Of a stretch of 64,000 nucleotides of DNA, positions 61,070-64,000 are shown in pieces (the first letter of the stretch is position 1; every line of letters begins with the position of its first letter). The stretch comes from Eledone cirrhosa. Its lineage: Eukaryota. Both the position numbers and the translations under genes were made by a program. The DNA is taken from contig OZ024741.1 of assembly GCA_964016885.1 (NCBI GenBank), positions 104,222,001 through 104,286,000 of the forward strand, given 5' to 3'. Under the pieces are notes generated by a model that was given only the letters and a program-made list of their open reading frames with translations, was not told the origin of the DNA and did no database searches.

Positions 61070-61530
61070 TGGGAAACCTCTAATAATTTTTGAGGCAAGC
61101 CAGCACGCTGGCAGTGTTACTTCGGGTGATGGTGAGGTACTGGAACAACCAAACGCCCTCACTAGCATCACCAGTTACCTCGGTTAAGCGAGCCGCCAGT
61201 GAAGATAAGAACTTCGCTGTCAGTAGCTCGACTCCCCCAAATGTCTCGAACGCCACAAGCTGGAAAATGTAGTAAGCCGACAGATCACGGTATTTTAGGA
61301 TTTTGTTCCGTTCGGCTGCGAAAGCTGTGGATCTTACCCTTACCGCTGTATCTAGGATGTGGGAAGAAGCAAAAGAGTCACTAACTGTGACGTCCCAGAT
61401 AAGGCACCTGCCTCTTGACCAGGGACACAGGGTAAGACCGTCAGGTCTTTTCCCATCAATTCTGGACAACCCAGAGGTTCTAAAATTGAGGGGATGTTTG
61501 CCCGGGCCAAAGCTCTTAAGCGGTAATAGG
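61070..61530 (-). mobile_element. CRE-like RLE non-LTR retrotransposon, 3' fragment
   Basis: DGKRPDGLTL.PW..G..LIWDVTV.D...AAE..K..KY..L...AFETFG. Confidence 0.78.
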
Positions 61531-61699
61531 ACAGCGTGTGCATGTGTGCGCGCGTGAGTTTGTCAGCGTTCTTAAATTAGAGTGTCACCGTTTTTAAGTT
61601 AGAGACATATATATGTGTGTATCCCCTTCCTTCCTTTTACACACATACACACATACACACATATTGTGTGACGGATGGATGGGCAGAAGTCGCTCAAAT

Positions 61700-61840
61700 T
61701 TATATACATGTGAATGGAATTCCACTGAAGCAGGTAGAGAAGTTCAAGTATCTCGGGCCATATTCATAAGTGATGGAAGGCAGGAGGCTGAATTAAGTGC
61801 AAGAATTGCAGGAGCTGATGCAGTAATGCGCCAGCTTCAG
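61700..61840 (+). mobile_element. RTE LINE fragment
   Basis: VEKFKYLG / SDGRQEAELSARI. Confidence 0.55.
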
Positions 61841-61845
61841 TATAG

Positions 61846-61886
<41 letters not shown>

Positions 61887-62689
61887 TGGGAGTTAAAGAG
61901 AGAGAGAGAGTGGGGGAGAAGAAGTGACAGAGAGAGATGGGAGTTAAAGAGAGAGAGAGAGTGGGGGAGAAGAAGTGACAGAGAGAAAGAAAGTGAAAGA
62001 GAGGGAGAGACAGTGGCGTTAGAATCAATAAAAAACCTTTTGCAATACTAAATAATTATTTCATTATTTCAAAGTCTTTCGGATGAAATTAGTGAGTTCA
62101 ATAAGCTAAACAGTTGGTTTATTGATTGAGATCGATAATAGTTGAGTTCAACAAAGTGGTTGTTATTGGTTTGTTTTATTGAAAAAAAGTCTCTCTCTTT
62201 CACACACACCCACTCGCATAAACACACACCTACACACATAAACACACACTTACACACATTAATACACACACACGTAAACATACACAAAAACACAAATAAA
62301 TACATAAACATATACATAAACACACATACACACACAAACACAAACACACACATACATACACACACACACACATACTCTCAGTCAACCAAGAGAAGAGAAT
62401 CAGAGTTCTTCAAAGAAGTTATGAAAAAAGAATGAAACTACCTTTAACAATGATGACACTGTAGAATGGTGTATGGGGCGCGATTTGTGTATGGTGTGCT
62501 GCTTGTGTATGAGTTATTGCCTGTGTATAGGGTGTGGCCTGTATAGCGGGTGTTACCTGAGTATGGCGTGTAGCCTGTGTATGAGAACAAAGCCTAGAGC
62601 AGATTAAGAAGGATAAGTCAGAAAGTAAACTTTTCTTCTTCGACATTTCGCATCCTTATTAGTGATGGTCAGGGACTAGGAATAATTTA

Positions 62690-62960
62690 TATCCTCTTCC
62701 TCGCCCTGACCGTGAACTCTGCCAGCGTTCTTCCCATCAAATCCCCGTGTCATCATTTCAGTGTCTTCTTAGTCTTCCTTTCGATCTTCTGCAATTAATG
62801 CACCCCTTCAGGATATGTGTGCACAGATTCCAGGCCCTGATGAAATGGCCAAAGTATTGCAGCTTCCGCTTCCCAAGGGTGAGGACTATCTACTTCTCTG
62901 ATCCCATCTCCTCTAGGACTGACTCGTTAGTTTTGTGATCCTTTTAGTTGATGTGCAGTG
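62690..62960 (-). mobile_element. RTE-type LINE 3' fragment
   Basis: reverse strand reads KRKLQYFGHFIR..L..HILKG.I..RRSKGR. Confidence 0.65.
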
Positions 62961-63259
62961 CCTGCCTATAACATGTCTCAAACGACATCCTTTTGTTAAC
63001 ATCAATGGTTTTCAGAAAGTAGATACTCGTGATATAATAAGTCCCGTGGGGGTAATGTCTCATGACTTTACCTCTAGGAGTGGATTAGTTCATAGATTTA
63101 GTAAATATTTGGGTGAACTAAAAGTTAGAATTAAAGTAGTAATAAAACATGCTACAGTTGAAACTTGAACTGTCACCAATTCTAAAAAAGTGCACCAAAG
63201 AGACTCCTCGCCATACAACCGATGTCCATACAGGTTATTATACAATGTTCTCCAACGGA

Positions 63260-63816
63260 CTGCCCTAATATCACCTTATGGCCGTATAGTGACCGTACTG
63301 GCTACCATACAATGAAACATACACTATATTACAGCGTAATACTCTCATATCGCCATATGGCTGTGTAGTATCCGTACAGGCCACCATAGAATTTGACATA
63401 CACTGTATTACCGCGAAATACTCCCACACCACCATATGACCGTTTAGTGTCCGTACAAGCTACCACAGTATGAAATATAAACTGTATTACACTGGAATAC
63501 TCTTATATCACCATGTAACCATTTAGTATCCTTACAGGCTACCATACAATAAAACACACTGTATAACAGCGGAATACTGTCTCATCACTATATGAACTTG
63601 TCGTGTCAGTACACGCTACCATAGAATAAACCCTCATGTCACTATATGGCCGTGTAGTGTCCTTACAGGCTACCATAGAATGAAACATACACTGTATTAC
63701 AGCGGAATATTCTCAGATCACCATATGGCCGTGTAGTATCCGTACAGGCCACTATAGAATTGAACATACAATGTATTCCAGGGGATTACCCTAGCATCAC
63801 CATATGACCGTATAGT
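63260..63816. repeat. Minisatellite, about 77-bp unit
   Basis: recurring tatggccgtgtagtatccgtacaggctaccatagaatgaaacatacactgtattac. Confidence 0.88.
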
Positions 63817-64000
63817 GCGGGTGGTGGTGGTGGTGGTGGTAATGATAGTAGTAGTAATGATGAAGGAATGGTGGGGGTGGAGATGATGTTAGTGATAGTA
63901 TTGGTGAGAATAGCGTGGTATGTTTGTTGGTTATTTAGTGCCTAGTAACGGGTTGCAGCTATGGCAGCAACATCAGTTTTCTCCATCAAAAGATTTAAAC

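Overview
AT-rich animal genomic DNA packed with microsatellites. The SINE families and repeat load suggest a cephalopod such as octopus (inference). The only host gene is the 5' half of a TRPA1-like ankyrin-repeat channel on the minus strand: 10 GT-AG exons from 41106 down to 8147, 1322 nt, one open frame, continuing left of the window. Most of the rest is transposon-derived: RTE, R4/Dong, Tx1/L1 and CRE-like LINE fragments, two Penelope-like element (PLE) families, a hAT carrying a nested Gypsy LTR element, Helitrons, tRNA-derived SINEs and minisatellites. The notable signal is hidden from the ORF track: many short non-coding elements inserted in (TA)n that carry type-I hammerhead ribozyme (HHR) folds in tandem and inverted arrangements, resembling retrozymes or non-autonomous PLEs. 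I count about 8 sequence-unrelated families. Two use the compensatory U3-A8 core, and several are sense-oriented inside TRPA1 introns. All folds were read by eye; none was computed.
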